In this document: piece by piece, positions 9,097 to 18,462 of the stretch | How the letters are laid out: each line of letters starts with the position of its first letter | Numbering within the stretch: position 1 is the first letter of the stretch | Origin: Armatimonadota bacterium | GTDB lineage: Bacteria > Armatimonadota > Fimbriimonadia > Fimbriimonadales > GBS-DC | Assembly: GCA_037445735.1 (NCBI GenBank) | Contig: JBBIJY010000014.1 | Span: 1-64,000, forward strand | Direction: 5' to 3' | Length of the DNA: 64,000 nt | Translations under genes and position numbers: made by a program | Notes under the pieces: model-generated | Databases searched by the model: none | What the model was told of the DNA's origin: nothing | Seen by the model: the letters and a program-made list of their open reading frames with translations, nothing else

Positions 9097-10005
9097 ATGA
9101 TGAAGCCAATCTGTACCGAATGGGAAGAGCGATTGAGTTTGTATGTGGACGGTCTGCTGAACCCGTTTGACGAGAACGCGGTGGAGGCACATCTATCGCG
9201 TTGTGAGGCGTGTCGTCAGGCGGTGGCGTTGTGGCGTGAAGTGGGTCAGACGGTTCGTCGCCTGCCGCGCGTGCTGCCGCCGCCCGATTTGCGGGCGCGC
9301 ATCCTTGTCAGTACCACGCGCAAGCCCGGTCTTCTCCAGCGTCTGCGGCTGGGCTGGTGGTCGCTCGCGCCTGCGGTCGCGGCAGGGCTGATGCTGGCGT
9401 GGTGGACACTGCCCCGCACGCCCGTGCAGCCGGTGCCCGCCTCACATTCGTCGTGGGAAGTGCCCTCAGGGGGTCCTGCAGAGGCGATGAATGAGTCTCC
9501 CTCGGAGCCGCCCGCGCACATGGAGGTCGCGCGTCGCCCCGCTGATAGGGACACACCCATCGTGATTGTGGTGCAGCCGGCGTCGGCGCCGCGCTGGCAG
9601 GCAGCCCAACCGCGCTGGGTCGCTGCCCCGCGCGCGCCTGCCCCGCAATCGAACTCACCCGCTAACGGCGAACCTATCGCGCTCGCGACCCCGCGGGACA
9701 CCACGCCCGTTAACAGCAACGCGCCCGCGCTCGTCACCGCGATTGCTGATCTGCCAGTGGAGACGCCTGCGCCCAGCGAGCCTGACACAGCGGGTTCCCA
9801 GGAACCCACCACGCCCGGCTCAGAGAAGACCCCGCACACTGCTCAGCCGGCTGTCGGCGCCACACCGGGCGCCCTCAGCCAGTGGTCGGAACAGTTCAAT
9901 CGCCAGCTGCAGCGCGAAAACCGCCTTCTGCGTCAGCAGGCTCTATCGCGCCGACAGCGCGACTCGCGCTTCTTTGTGCCCATTCTTTCGTGGAATATTA
10001 AGTAG
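9097..10005 (+). CDS. Zinc-finger (zf-HC2) anti-sigma factor
   Basis: C...EERLSLYVDGLL....VEAHLSRCEAC (HxxxCxxC), then a TM helix and a Pro-rich extracytoplasmic tail. Confidence 0.8.
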   Translation: MMKPICTEWEERLSLYVDGLLNPFDENAVEAHLSRCEACRQAVALWREVGQTVRRLPRVLPPPDLRARILVSTTRKPGLLQRLRLGWWSLAPAVAAGLMLAWWTLPRTPVQPVPASHSSWEVPSGGPAEAMNESPSEPPAHMEVARRPADRDTPIVIVVQPASAPRWQAAQPRWVAAPRAPAPQSNSPANGEPIALATPRDTTPVNSNAPALVTAIADLPVETPAPSEPDTAGSQEPTTPGSEKTPHTAQPAVGATPGALSQWSEQFNRQLQRENRLLRQQALSRRQRDSRFFVPILSWNIK

Positions 10006-10088
10006 TCGCTTTTTACAGGTTGCACCCGCCCCCAGAGGCGGATGAAGGTCGCAACATCACCCTGCGTTATCAAAGGAAGTGATGCCGA

Positions 10089-13000
10089 TTGGCTAAACGG
10101 TGGTGGTTCGGCGCTGTTCTGATTGGAACGGTGCCGCTGGTGTGGGCGCAAGCACCGCTCCCGCTCAGCGGTGCGGGTGGTGCAGCTCGCGCTGTGTTCG
10201 CGCCGAAGCCCTCCAACCCTGGCCAAGCCGCTGCCGATCTACTGCCTGGCAACGGCACGCGCGGTGGGTATCTGCTGCGCTATGCGCCCGTTGTGCCCGA
10301 TTCCGAGAGCGTCTATGTGGACGGCAAACGCCTCACACGCGATGTGGACTACTGGATCGATTACAGCAGCGGCAATCTGGCGTTTGCGCAGCCTGTGCGA
10401 CGCCTCTCCTCCATTCAGGTGTACTATCGCTATGAACCGAACGGTCGGCGCGAAGGCTCGATTGGCGCTCTGCCCATCTTCACGCTCTCGCTGGGCGCGC
10501 AGGGCAGCCTGAGCGTGTTGCTTGCGCCCGATCGCGCTGAAACGGCTCCCGATGGCGCGTCCTATCGGCTCAGCGCGTACGGCTTGCAGAACGCCCTGCG
10601 TCTCGGTCCCACCACCACGCTCAGTGGCTACTTTTTCATCGGCGCCCGCCAGCAACTGCACAACCGCGACCTGCAAGCCGGCACGGGAATCACGCCCACC
10701 CCCGCATCCAACCAGACGCCCACCGAACGCAGTCAGCTCATCTTTCAAACGCTCCAGATGCAGGCGGGCAGCCTGCGCCTGCAGGCGAGCTATCAGGATG
10801 TCGGCAAGACCTTCAGCGCCCAGCAGATGCTCGGCGCGCCGTCGGGACTCGACGCGAACCTGCTGCAACTCTGGGAGAAACAGCGCGGACTGAAACGCCT
10901 CGACTACACGCTCGGACTGTCCCTTTTCAGGGGCAACACCGTCGAGTTCAGCCGTCTCAACATTCAGGATGATAATGGCAGCGTCGAGCGCCAGTCCCTC
11001 AAATTCCAGAGCCAGCGGCTGAACCTGAGCTGGCAACGCACCGAGCCAGAGCGGAACTTCCAGCGATACAAGGACCTTGTGGATTCGGAGGCGCCGAACT
11101 GGCAGCGCGAGCGCGGCATCCAGCGCGAGATGCTGGAAGGCAGCCTGACGCTCGCACCCAACCGCACGCTCAATCTGTCCCGATTGACCCTCACCGAAGG
11201 CACAGGACGCATCGAACGCGCTCGCTACGGACTTGATCTGCTCTGGCTCAAGCTGGATCGGCTGGAGCAGCGCATCAGCCCGGAGTTCCAGCGGTTCGGC
11301 GATCTCGGTGATGGCGAGAAGGGCGATTGGGCGCGCGAAGTGGGGCTGCGACGCGCGATGACCGCCGTCCAGCTGACACCGAAAGGGCTGAACGCGACGG
11401 CGAGCGACCTGCGCATCGAATCGCCCACAGGCGCACTGGAGTGGCAGCGCATCGCGGTGAAAACCGATGCCCTCACCGTCGAGCAGAGCCATCGCGCGGT
11501 TGACCCGCAGTTCGGTCGTCTGCAGAGCCTCGCCCCGCAGGAGCTTCAGGCGATGGCGCAGGAGACGCGCCAGTTCCACGACCCCGCAAACAGCCAGCCG
11601 CTCAAACCTGAAGAGGTTCAGCAGTCGCTGCAGGAGGCAGGGCTGGAGCGCACCTTCCAGAAAGCCGAACTGCAGCCCCACAAAGACCTGCAGCTGCAGG
11701 TGAAGCACTTCGAGATTGCCGATCGGGGTGGTGAGGGCAATGTGGAAGGCGTGCAGTATCAGCTCAAGACGCCCTCGTTGCAGGTGCGCCTTGCAGAGCG
11801 CACGATTGCACCCCAGTTCACTCGCCTGCGCGATCTGGCGCCGATTGAGCAGATGCTGTTCCGTAATGAGCAGGGCATTCGCCGCTCCGACTGGGACGCC
11901 GCGCTCATCACCCCACGGCTGGGGCTTGCCACCGCTCACACCCAGATCCGTGCCATCGGCGCAGGACTGCAACGCCAGAGCTATCGCCTCATTCATCCGC
12001 AGCTGGAGCTGAGCTACAATCGTCGTCAGGTGGATGCCGACTTCGCCCGCGCCCACGACTTAGCCGACCCGGAACGCGACCTGTTCGCCCAGCTGCGCGG
12101 CTTCGAGCAGTATGACTGGAACCTGCGCCTGAAACCCGCACGCACCCTGCAGATTGAGACCCTGCTGTTCAACGCCGAGAACCCCGCTGAGCGCATCGGC
12201 AATCGTCGCCAGCGGTGGCGCGTCATGTGGCAGCCCTCACGCAACCTCACGCTCGGACGCCAGCAGGAGAAGTATCGCTCCCAGCAACAGGTGAGCGACC
12301 TCTATCACGACGAGTATGAGCGCAGCGACCTGCAGTACACGCTCCGATTCGGCACGCTGAACGCCTATCAGGAGCGGCGGCAGATTGGCGGCACGCTCGC
12401 GAACCCGCTCTATCAATACACCGACTACTATCGGTTCCAGAGCCGCGAGCTGAAGCGTTTAAACTTCGGGGTTGAGGAGCGCCGCACACGCGCGGTGGGC
12501 GCCGTCAGCGAGCGGTTCCAGCTCTATCAGGCAGACTACACGCTTAACTCGCGCCTGAAACTCACCTTCGCGCACGCGCAAGCCGAGCGCGAGGGCGCAC
12601 CCGACGAGAGTGGACAGCAGCTCGGACTGGAGTACCAGCTGCGTCCGGGCACCACGCTCACCTTCGCCGAATCGCGCACCGCGAAAGAGGGCGCCAACGG
12701 CACGCGAACCCTCTCCGCAGGGCTGACCCAGGCGGCATGGGGCGTGCTGACCGTCGGCGGCACCTACCAGGAATGGCGTATCGACCGCACGCAGACCAAA
12801 GCCCAGAGCCAGGTCATCATCCAGAGCGCACGCCCCTTCAACTGGCTGTTCCTCAAGGGGCTGCAGTTCGACTTCCGCTACGGCGCGTTAGCCGACCGCG
12901 GACTGTGGCAGCAGGAGAATAAGCACTTCACCATGCAGGCGACTGCGTTCGGGCACACGCTCAAGGGCGGCTATGTCGGTCTCTATGTGCCCGCGCAGGG

Positions 13001-13580
13001 ACGCGCCATCGACCGCTACTACCAGATCGAATCACCTGCGCAGGGCGCCCTGCGCTACAACCTGCTCTATAAAGTGCGCACCTATCAGGATGGGCGCCTG
13101 TTTCTTATCCGCCAGTATCATCTGGAATATAAGCTCCATCAGAAACTGAGCCTTGTTCACGATTTTCAGACCCATCCTGAACAGGGCAACCCGAATGTGG
13201 TGCTGGGGTCGATTCTGCAGCCGACGGGCTTTTCGGCGTGGGCGCTGGAGTGGACGCTCAAGCCGCGCGTTTCGCTCAAGGGCGACTATCGCATCGAATG
13301 GAACGAGCAGCAGGGTCGGCGCATCCGCCGCGGCGGGCTGACCCTCACAGGCAATCAGACCGACGGCGTGAGCTACGCCGTCGGCTACCGAATCGATTCG
13401 GAGCTGTTCAACAACCGCAAGACCACCGCCCACACCTTCTACCTCTCCACCGAGCACAAGATCGACGCCGACCGCTACCTGATGCTGGGGATTCAGTGGA
13501 CGCACTACGAGCATCGCGCCGACCGCACTGTTCGGCGCGACCAGCCGCGCCTCGTGCTGGAACTCAAGCAGGTGTTTTGA
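10089..13580 (+). CDS. Large secreted protein, probable outer-membrane beta-barrel with internal repeats
   Basis: Signal peptide, amphipathic strand patterns, terminal Phe (LVLELKQVF), and a recurring F.R..DL...E......E.G..R motif. Confidence 0.75.
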   Translation: MAKRWWFGAVLIGTVPLVWAQAPLPLSGAGGAARAVFAPKPSNPGQAAADLLPGNGTRGGYLLRYAPVVPDSESVYVDGKRLTRDVDYWIDYSSGNLAFAQPVRRLSSIQVYYRYEPNGRREGSIGALPIFTLSLGAQGSLSVLLAPDRAETAPDGASYRLSAYGLQNALRLGPTTTLSGYFFIGARQQLHNRDLQAGTGITPTPASNQTPTERSQLIFQTLQMQAGSLRLQASYQDVGKTFSAQQMLGAPSGLDANLLQLWEKQRGLKRLDYTLGLSLFRGNTVEFSRLNIQDDNGSVERQSLKFQSQRLNLSWQRTEPERNFQRYKDLVDSEAPNWQRERGIQREMLEGSLTLAPNRTLNLSRLTLTEGTGRIERARYGLDLLWLKLDRLEQRISPEFQRFGDLGDGEKGDWAREVGLRRAMTAVQLTPKGLNATASDLRIESPTGALEWQRIAVKTDALTVEQSHRAVDPQFGRLQSLAPQELQAMAQETRQFHDPANSQPLKPEEVQQSLQEAGLERTFQKAELQPHKDLQLQVKHFEIADRGGEGNVEGVQYQLKTPSLQVRLAERTIAPQFTRLRDLAPIEQMLFRNEQGIRRSDWDAALITPRLGLATAHTQIRAIGAGLQRQSYRLIHPQLELSYNRRQVDADFARAHDLADPERDLFAQLRGFEQYDWNLRLKPARTLQIETLLFNAENPAERIGNRRQRWRVMWQPSRNLTLGRQQEKYRSQQQVSDLYHDEYERSDLQYTLRFGTLNAYQERRQIGGTLANPLYQYTDYYRFQSRELKRLNFGVEERRTRAVGAVSERFQLYQADYTLNSRLKLTFAHAQAEREGAPDESGQQLGLEYQLRPGTTLTFAESRTAKEGANGTRTLSAGLTQAAWGVLTVGGTYQEWRIDRTQTKAQSQVIIQSARPFNWLFLKGLQFDFRYGALADRGLWQQENKHFTMQATAFGHTLKGGYVGLYVPAQGRAIDRYYQIESPAQGALRYNLLYKVRTYQDGRLFLIRQYHLEYKLHQKLSLVHDFQTHPEQGNPNVVLGSILQPTGFSAWALEWTLKPRVSLKGDYRIEWNEQQGRRIRRGGLTLTGNQTDGVSYAVGYRIDSELFNNRKTTAHTFYLSTEHKIDADRYLMLGIQWTHYEHRADRTVRRDQPRLVLELKQVF

Positions 13581-13603
13581 GAGAAGGGGTACTCTTTAGA
13601 GGG

Positions 13604-14704
13604 ATGGCGAAGGTCGCACTCTTTCTGTCCCATCTCCAGGGTGGGGGCGCGGAGCGCGTGCTGGTCACGCTCGCCAACCAGTTTGCCGCTTGCGGGCACG
13701 CGGTGGACTTCATTCTGGCGCAGCGTCAGGGGGTCTACCTGAAGGAGCTGTCGCCGCAGGTGAACCTGGTTGATCTGGGCGCACGGCGCATGGCGCTCGC
13801 CCTGATGCCCCTGACGCGCTACCTCCGTCAACAGCATCCCGCTGGCATCCTGTCGAGCCTGCCCTATCCGAACATGGTGAGCATCCTCGCGGCGCGACTG
13901 GCACGGTTCGAAGGCAGCGTGGTTGTGCGCGAGGCGAATACGCCCTCCTATCGCACGCGCGAAGCCAGCCTGCTCAAAGACCGCCTGCTGGAACCGCTGA
14001 TTGTGCGGTACGGCTACCGCTACGCCGATTGGGTGGTGGCGGTCTCGCGGGGCGTGCTGCACGACTTACAGCATCGCGCCCGCCTGCCAGCCGGGCGACT
14101 GGCGCTGATTTACAACCCCGCCTATACGCGGCGCGTGCTGGAGTTGCGCGAGCAACCCGTCGAGCATCCCTGGTTCGCGCCCGATCAGCCCCCCGTGGTG
14201 TTGAGCGTCGGGCGACTGGACCCCCAGAAAGATTTTGAGACGCTATTGAAGGCATTTGCGCAGGTGCGCTCCCAGCGAGCGGTGCGCCTGATGGTGCTCG
14301 GTGAGGGTCCCCTGCGCCCGCAGCTGGAATCGCTTGCCCAACAGCTGGGCATCGCCGATTCGGTGAGCCTGCCGGGCTTCGTGGAGAACCCGTTCGCCTA
14401 TATGCGGCGGGCGGCGCTATTCGTGCTATCGTCCCGCTTCGAGGGCTTCCCGAATGTGCTGGTGCAGGCGCTGGCGTGTGGCTGCCCCGTGGTCAGCACC
14501 GATTGCCTTAGCGGACCTGCCGAGATTCTGGATGGTGGTCGCTACGGGCATCTGGTGCCCGTGGGCGATGCGGACGCGCTGGCGCGGGCGATGCTGCGCG
14601 TGCTGGACGGCGACGCTCCCCGCGCTCCCGAAGAGTGGCTCATGCAGTTTGACGAAGAGCGCGTCGCCCAGCAGTACCTGAAACTGCTATTGAACCAACC
14701 ATGA
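13604..14704 (+). CDS. Glycosyltransferase family 4
   Basis: GGAERV, SVGRLDPQKDF and FVLSSRFEGFPNVLVQALACGCPVVSTD motifs. ATG at 13604. Confidence 0.92.
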   Translation: MAKVALFLSHLQGGGAERVLVTLANQFAACGHAVDFILAQRQGVYLKELSPQVNLVDLGARRMALALMPLTRYLRQQHPAGILSSLPYPNMVSILAARLARFEGSVVVREANTPSYRTREASLLKDRLLEPLIVRYGYRYADWVVAVSRGVLHDLQHRARLPAGRLALIYNPAYTRRVLELREQPVEHPWFAPDQPPVVLSVGRLDPQKDFETLLKAFAQVRSQRAVRLMVLGEGPLRPQLESLAQQLGIADSVSLPGFVENPFAYMRRAALFVLSSRFEGFPNVLVQALACGCPVVSTDCLSGPAEILDGGRYGHLVPVGDADALARAMLRVLDGDAPRAPEEWLMQFDEERVAQQYLKLLLNQP

Positions 14705-14767
14705 ATGGAGGAGGGCAACATCACGGCTGAGCCGACCGAAGTGCCGCACAGCAGGTATAATCGTGCC

Positions 14768-15862
14768 ATGCTGAAAGCGCCTGTGCGAACGGAGACCGTC
14801 CGCTTCGAGTCAATCGCCGAGAAGGTGCTGAACGGCGAGCGATTGAGCTTCGAAGAGGGCGTCGCGCTGTTTCATCATCCGAGCCTGCCCGAACTCAGCG
14901 CCCTCGCCCACCATGTGCGCATGCGCAAAAATCCCCATCCCTATGTGACCTATGTGATCGGGCGCATCATCAACTACACGAATGTGTGCTGGGTGCGCTG
15001 CAAGTTCTGCTCCTTCTATCGCCCGCCCAGACACAGCGAGGGCTACCTGCTGACCGACGAACAGATTCTGCAAAAAATCGACGAGCTGGTTCAGCAGGGC
15101 GGCGTGGAGGTACTGATACAGGGCGGGCTGAACCCCAAACTGAAGATCGACTATTTTGAGCGGCTGTTTCGGCTCATCAAACAGCACTATCCGCAGGTGA
15201 TTATTCACGGGCTATCGCCCGCCGAAATCCTCTATATCGCCCATATCTCGCGCCTGAGCGTGCGCGACTGCCTGATCCGCCTCAAGGAAGCGGGAATGAA
15301 CTCGGTGCCAGGCGCGGGCGGCGAGATTCTGGTCGACCGCGTGCGTCAGGCGATTGCTCCCTACAAAGACAGCACGCAGGAATGGCTCGATTTCATGCGC
15401 GAGGTGCATCAGCTGGGCATGCGCAGCTCCGCCAGCATGATGTTCGGACATGTGGAGACGCTGGCAGAGCGCGTGGAGCATCTGGTTCGCCTGCGCGAGC
15501 TGCAGGACGAAACGGGTGGCTTCACCGCCTTCATCTGCTGGAACTTCCAGCCTGAAGGCACCGAGCTGAGCCACATCCCCAAAGCAACCGCTTATGATTA
15601 TCTGCGCACCGTCGCCGTCGCCCGCCTGATGCTGGACAACTTCGACCACCTGCAAGCCAGCATCCTCACGCAGGGCCCCAAAATCGCCCAGATTGCCCTG
15701 CGCTACGGCGTCGACGATATGGGTTCCACCATGATCGAGGAGAATGTGGTCTCCGCGCAGGGCACCAAGTTCATCCTGAACGCGCAGGAGATCGAACGGC
15801 TGATTATCGACGCGGGCTTTATTCCCAAAAAGCGCAACACGCGCTACGAGATTCTGGATTGA
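14768..15862 (+). CDS. mqnC: Cyclic dehypoxanthinyl futalosine synthase (radical SAM)
   Basis: NYTNVCWVRCKFCSFYR, QGGLNP, PGAGGEIL, MMFGHVE, LQDETGGFTAFI.W and DDMGSTMIEENVV motifs. Confidence 0.88.
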   Translation: MLKAPVRTETVRFESIAEKVLNGERLSFEEGVALFHHPSLPELSALAHHVRMRKNPHPYVTYVIGRIINYTNVCWVRCKFCSFYRPPRHSEGYLLTDEQILQKIDELVQQGGVEVLIQGGLNPKLKIDYFERLFRLIKQHYPQVIIHGLSPAEILYIAHISRLSVRDCLIRLKEAGMNSVPGAGGEILVDRVRQAIAPYKDSTQEWLDFMREVHQLGMRSSASMMFGHVETLAERVEHLVRLRELQDETGGFTAFICWNFQPEGTELSHIPKATAYDYLRTVAVARLMLDNFDHLQASILTQGPKIAQIALRYGVDDMGSTMIEENVVSAQGTKFILNAQEIERLIIDAGFIPKKRNTRYEILD

Positions 15863-15875
15863 GAGGTGAAACGCG

Positions 15876-17123
15876 ATGCGAGCGCAGTGGGCACTGATCG
15901 GGCTTCTGGGCTTTGTGATTGGCTGGGCGAACCAGCAGCCGTTGCTCAATCACCAGCGGATGACGGAGCTGTTCATCCAGCTGGTGCAGATTGACAGTGG
16001 TTCCGAGAACGAGGCGGAGATTTGCGCCTTTGTGGCGGAGCGCCTGCGCCAGCTGGGCGCCGAGAGCGTGACGATTGACGAGGCGAGCAAGCAGATAGGT
16101 GGTACGGGCGGCAATGTGTTCGCGCGATTCAAAGGCACGCTGAACGCGCCCCCGCTGCTGCTGAACGCCCATCTGGATACCGTGTCGCCCACGAAAGGCA
16201 TCAAAATCGTGCGCACCGCCACCGACATCAAAACCGACGGCAGCACCATTCTGGGCGCGGATGATAAGGCGGGTGTCGCAATTATTCTGGAAGTGCTGCA
16301 GACGCTTAAAGAGCGCAACCTGCCCCATCCGCCGCTGGAGGTGGTCTTCACCATTCGCGAGGAGAAGGGCTTGTTAGGCGCCAAAGCCTTCGACACGAGC
16401 CTGCTCAACGCGAAATATGGGCTGGTGGTGGACGGGCGTGAAGTGCCCACCGACCTGTTTATTCAATCGCCCACGCACTGGCAGTTCGAAGTGATTTTTC
16501 ATGGCAGGGCAGCGCACGCGGGCGCGGAACCCGAAAAGGGGCGCAACGCCATTCAGATGGCTGCCAGAGCGATTGCCCAGATGCAGTGGGGACGGCTCGA
16601 TGCCGAGACCACCGCGAATGTGGGCGTGATCGAGGGCGGTCAGGCGATGAATATTGTGCCCGATAAGGCGCGGCTGGTGGGCGAGTTCCGTAGTTTCGAC
16701 CCGAAGCGCGTCGAAGCGCTGGCGAACCGCTGGCGCGAAATCTGCGAGCGTGTCGCCAGCGAGCATGAGGGGCGTGTGGAGGTCAAACTCACCAGGACCT
16801 TCGACGCCGTACGGATTGACCCCAACTCACCCGTGGTCAAAGCCGCCGTCGCCGCGCTGAAGGAGCTGGGCATTCAGGCGAACCTCACGCGCACAGGCGG
16901 CGGCTCCGACGCCAATGTGTTCGCGGGCAGGGGCATCCAGTGCATCCTGTTCCCCACTGGCGGCGAAGCGATTCACACCCCGCAGGAGCGACTGATTCTC
17001 GCCCACTTTTACACCTGCGGTGAAGCGGTGCTGCGCACGGTGCTGAACTGGGCGAAGAGCCACGCCACCACCCTCCCCGCCAAAAAGGCGGTCGCCCAGC
17101 CCGCCACAGGCGTGTCAGATTGA
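15876..17123 (+). CDS. M20 family peptidase (peptidase T-like) with signal peptide
   Basis: AHLDTV, LGADDKAG, REEKGLLGA, AAHAG, GGGSDAN and IHTPQE motifs. Confidence 0.88.
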   Translation: MRAQWALIGLLGFVIGWANQQPLLNHQRMTELFIQLVQIDSGSENEAEICAFVAERLRQLGAESVTIDEASKQIGGTGGNVFARFKGTLNAPPLLLNAHLDTVSPTKGIKIVRTATDIKTDGSTILGADDKAGVAIILEVLQTLKERNLPHPPLEVVFTIREEKGLLGAKAFDTSLLNAKYGLVVDGREVPTDLFIQSPTHWQFEVIFHGRAAHAGAEPEKGRNAIQMAARAIAQMQWGRLDAETTANVGVIEGGQAMNIVPDKARLVGEFRSFDPKRVEALANRWREICERVASEHEGRVEVKLTRTFDAVRIDPNSPVVKAAVAALKELGIQANLTRTGGGSDANVFAGRGIQCILFPTGGEAIHTPQERLILAHFYTCGEAVLRTVLNWAKSHATTLPAKKAVAQPATGVSD

Positions 17124-17154
17124 GGGCATAGTTAGGACATGGCTCCGGGCGATT

Positions 17155-18240
17155 TCATTGCACAAAGACCACGCGCAGTTCGTTCAGGAACCCATGCTGG
17201 CGGTTTGCTTCCAGCAAACGCTCGGCGTCTTCGTTCGTAATCACAGGGTCGGTTAGCGCAGCACCTGCAACCCCTGTTGCTCGAATCACCAGTGGATTAT
17301 TGCCGATGCGTTCCACAATCTCTGGCGATCCGAGAAGGTCTGGCTGACGGCTGTCCACATACACAACGATGCCATGCTGGATTACGAAGTCGGGATCCAC
17401 CTGCACCGTGCCCCACACTTCGCTGCCATCGGCACGCCGTATTTTGGGCGCCATACTGCGCCGCAGGTTTAGCCCGCGACAATCCACCACCAGTCCCGTG
17501 TAAGGCTTGCCGCTGATATTGTAGCGTAGCGACACCACTTCAAATGCAGCCATTCGCACGGCTTTAACCAGTTGCCCGACATTGTTCGGGTCTACGGTGA
17601 ACAATGCGAACACAATCTGGGCTGACGGATTGGCCTGGGGTGTCATGGGGTTGGCGGGCACAGTCAACGCTGTGTTCCTGTACAGGCGAGGGGTGGCAAA
17701 GACACAGCCACTGAGAACCTCGTTCACAAAGTCGCCCCCAACCTGCTGAAAGGACAGCGTTTGCTTTCCTCTCAGCGAAATGGCAACCCACTCTGGCTTG
17801 TCCCCATAGCGGACCGTCTTCTGCCAGACCTGCTCGCCGTCGACCTCGATAGATACGGTTGCAGTCCTGCAGTCCGTCCACGCATCGGGGATGCCTACCC
17901 AGACTTCGAGGCGATCCCAACCGCGCACATCAAAAACCACAAAGTTGCTCTTATGGTATAACCGACCAAAGCCGTCGAATGCCTGACCCCGAATGCTGAT
18001 GGTGTCGGAATCGTAGAGCCAGCCACCTGCAAGAACCCTGACCTCCTCGCGTCGCAGTATCGCCATGCCAGATTCAAGGGTGGATGGTTGGGTCTGCAAG
18101 CCGTTCACGCTTGCCAGATACGATGAACCTGTTGCCATCCAAGGCAGAGCCGTCACAATCACTGATCCAGAAGCAGCTATCGCTACTCCGGAATGGCTGA
18201 GAACCGCCATCACAATCGCCAGTGTTCCTTTGTAACGCAT
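17155..18240 (-). CDS. Secreted protein with an NPCBM/NEW2-like domain and an uncharacterised C-terminal domain
   Basis: GAGGAGG RBS before ATG 18240, signal peptide, TISIRGQAFDGFG...VGIPD...IEVDGEQVW...ISLRGKQTL..VFATPRL, and C-terminal YTGLVVDCRGL. Confidence 0.65.
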   Translation of the reverse strand: MRYKGTLAIVMAVLSHSGVAIAASGSVIVTALPWMATGSSYLASVNGLQTQPSTLESGMAILRREEVRVLAGGWLYDSDTISIRGQAFDGFGRLYHKSNFVVFDVRGWDRLEVWVGIPDAWTDCRTATVSIEVDGEQVWQKTVRYGDKPEWVAISLRGKQTLSFQQVGGDFVNEVLSGCVFATPRLYRNTALTVPANPMTPQANPSAQIVFALFTVDPNNVGQLVKAVRMAAFEVVSLRYNISGKPYTGLVVDCRGLNLRRSMAPKIRRADGSEVWGTVQVDPDFVIQHGIVVYVDSRQPDLLGSPEIVERIGNNPLVIRATGVAGAALTDPVITNEDAERLLEANRQHGFLNELRVVFVQ

Positions 18241-18432
18241 TGCGTTCACCTCCTCTAACTGCAACCTGTACGGCACAGTTTCTGCCTTCATGATAGTCCA
18301 GAGTAATCCCTCCTGTGAAGGGTTTTTCTTCTGACGGGGAATGTACGACTGTAAAGATTTCTGGACAGGCTTGCGCTTATAGGGCGACAAAACGCTCACT
18401 CCCCATAGGAGAGAGGAAAACCGCTTCCTGTC

Positions 18433-18461
18433 GGGTATAATCACGGTAGACAATTCTCTAC
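18433..18461 (+). promoter_or_regulatory. recA promoter -10 (GGGTATAAT) followed by a GTAGA-N6-TCTAC inverted repeat
   Basis: Direct reading: gggtataat cacg gtagacaattctctac t ATG. Confidence 0.5.
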
Positions 18462-18462
18462 T

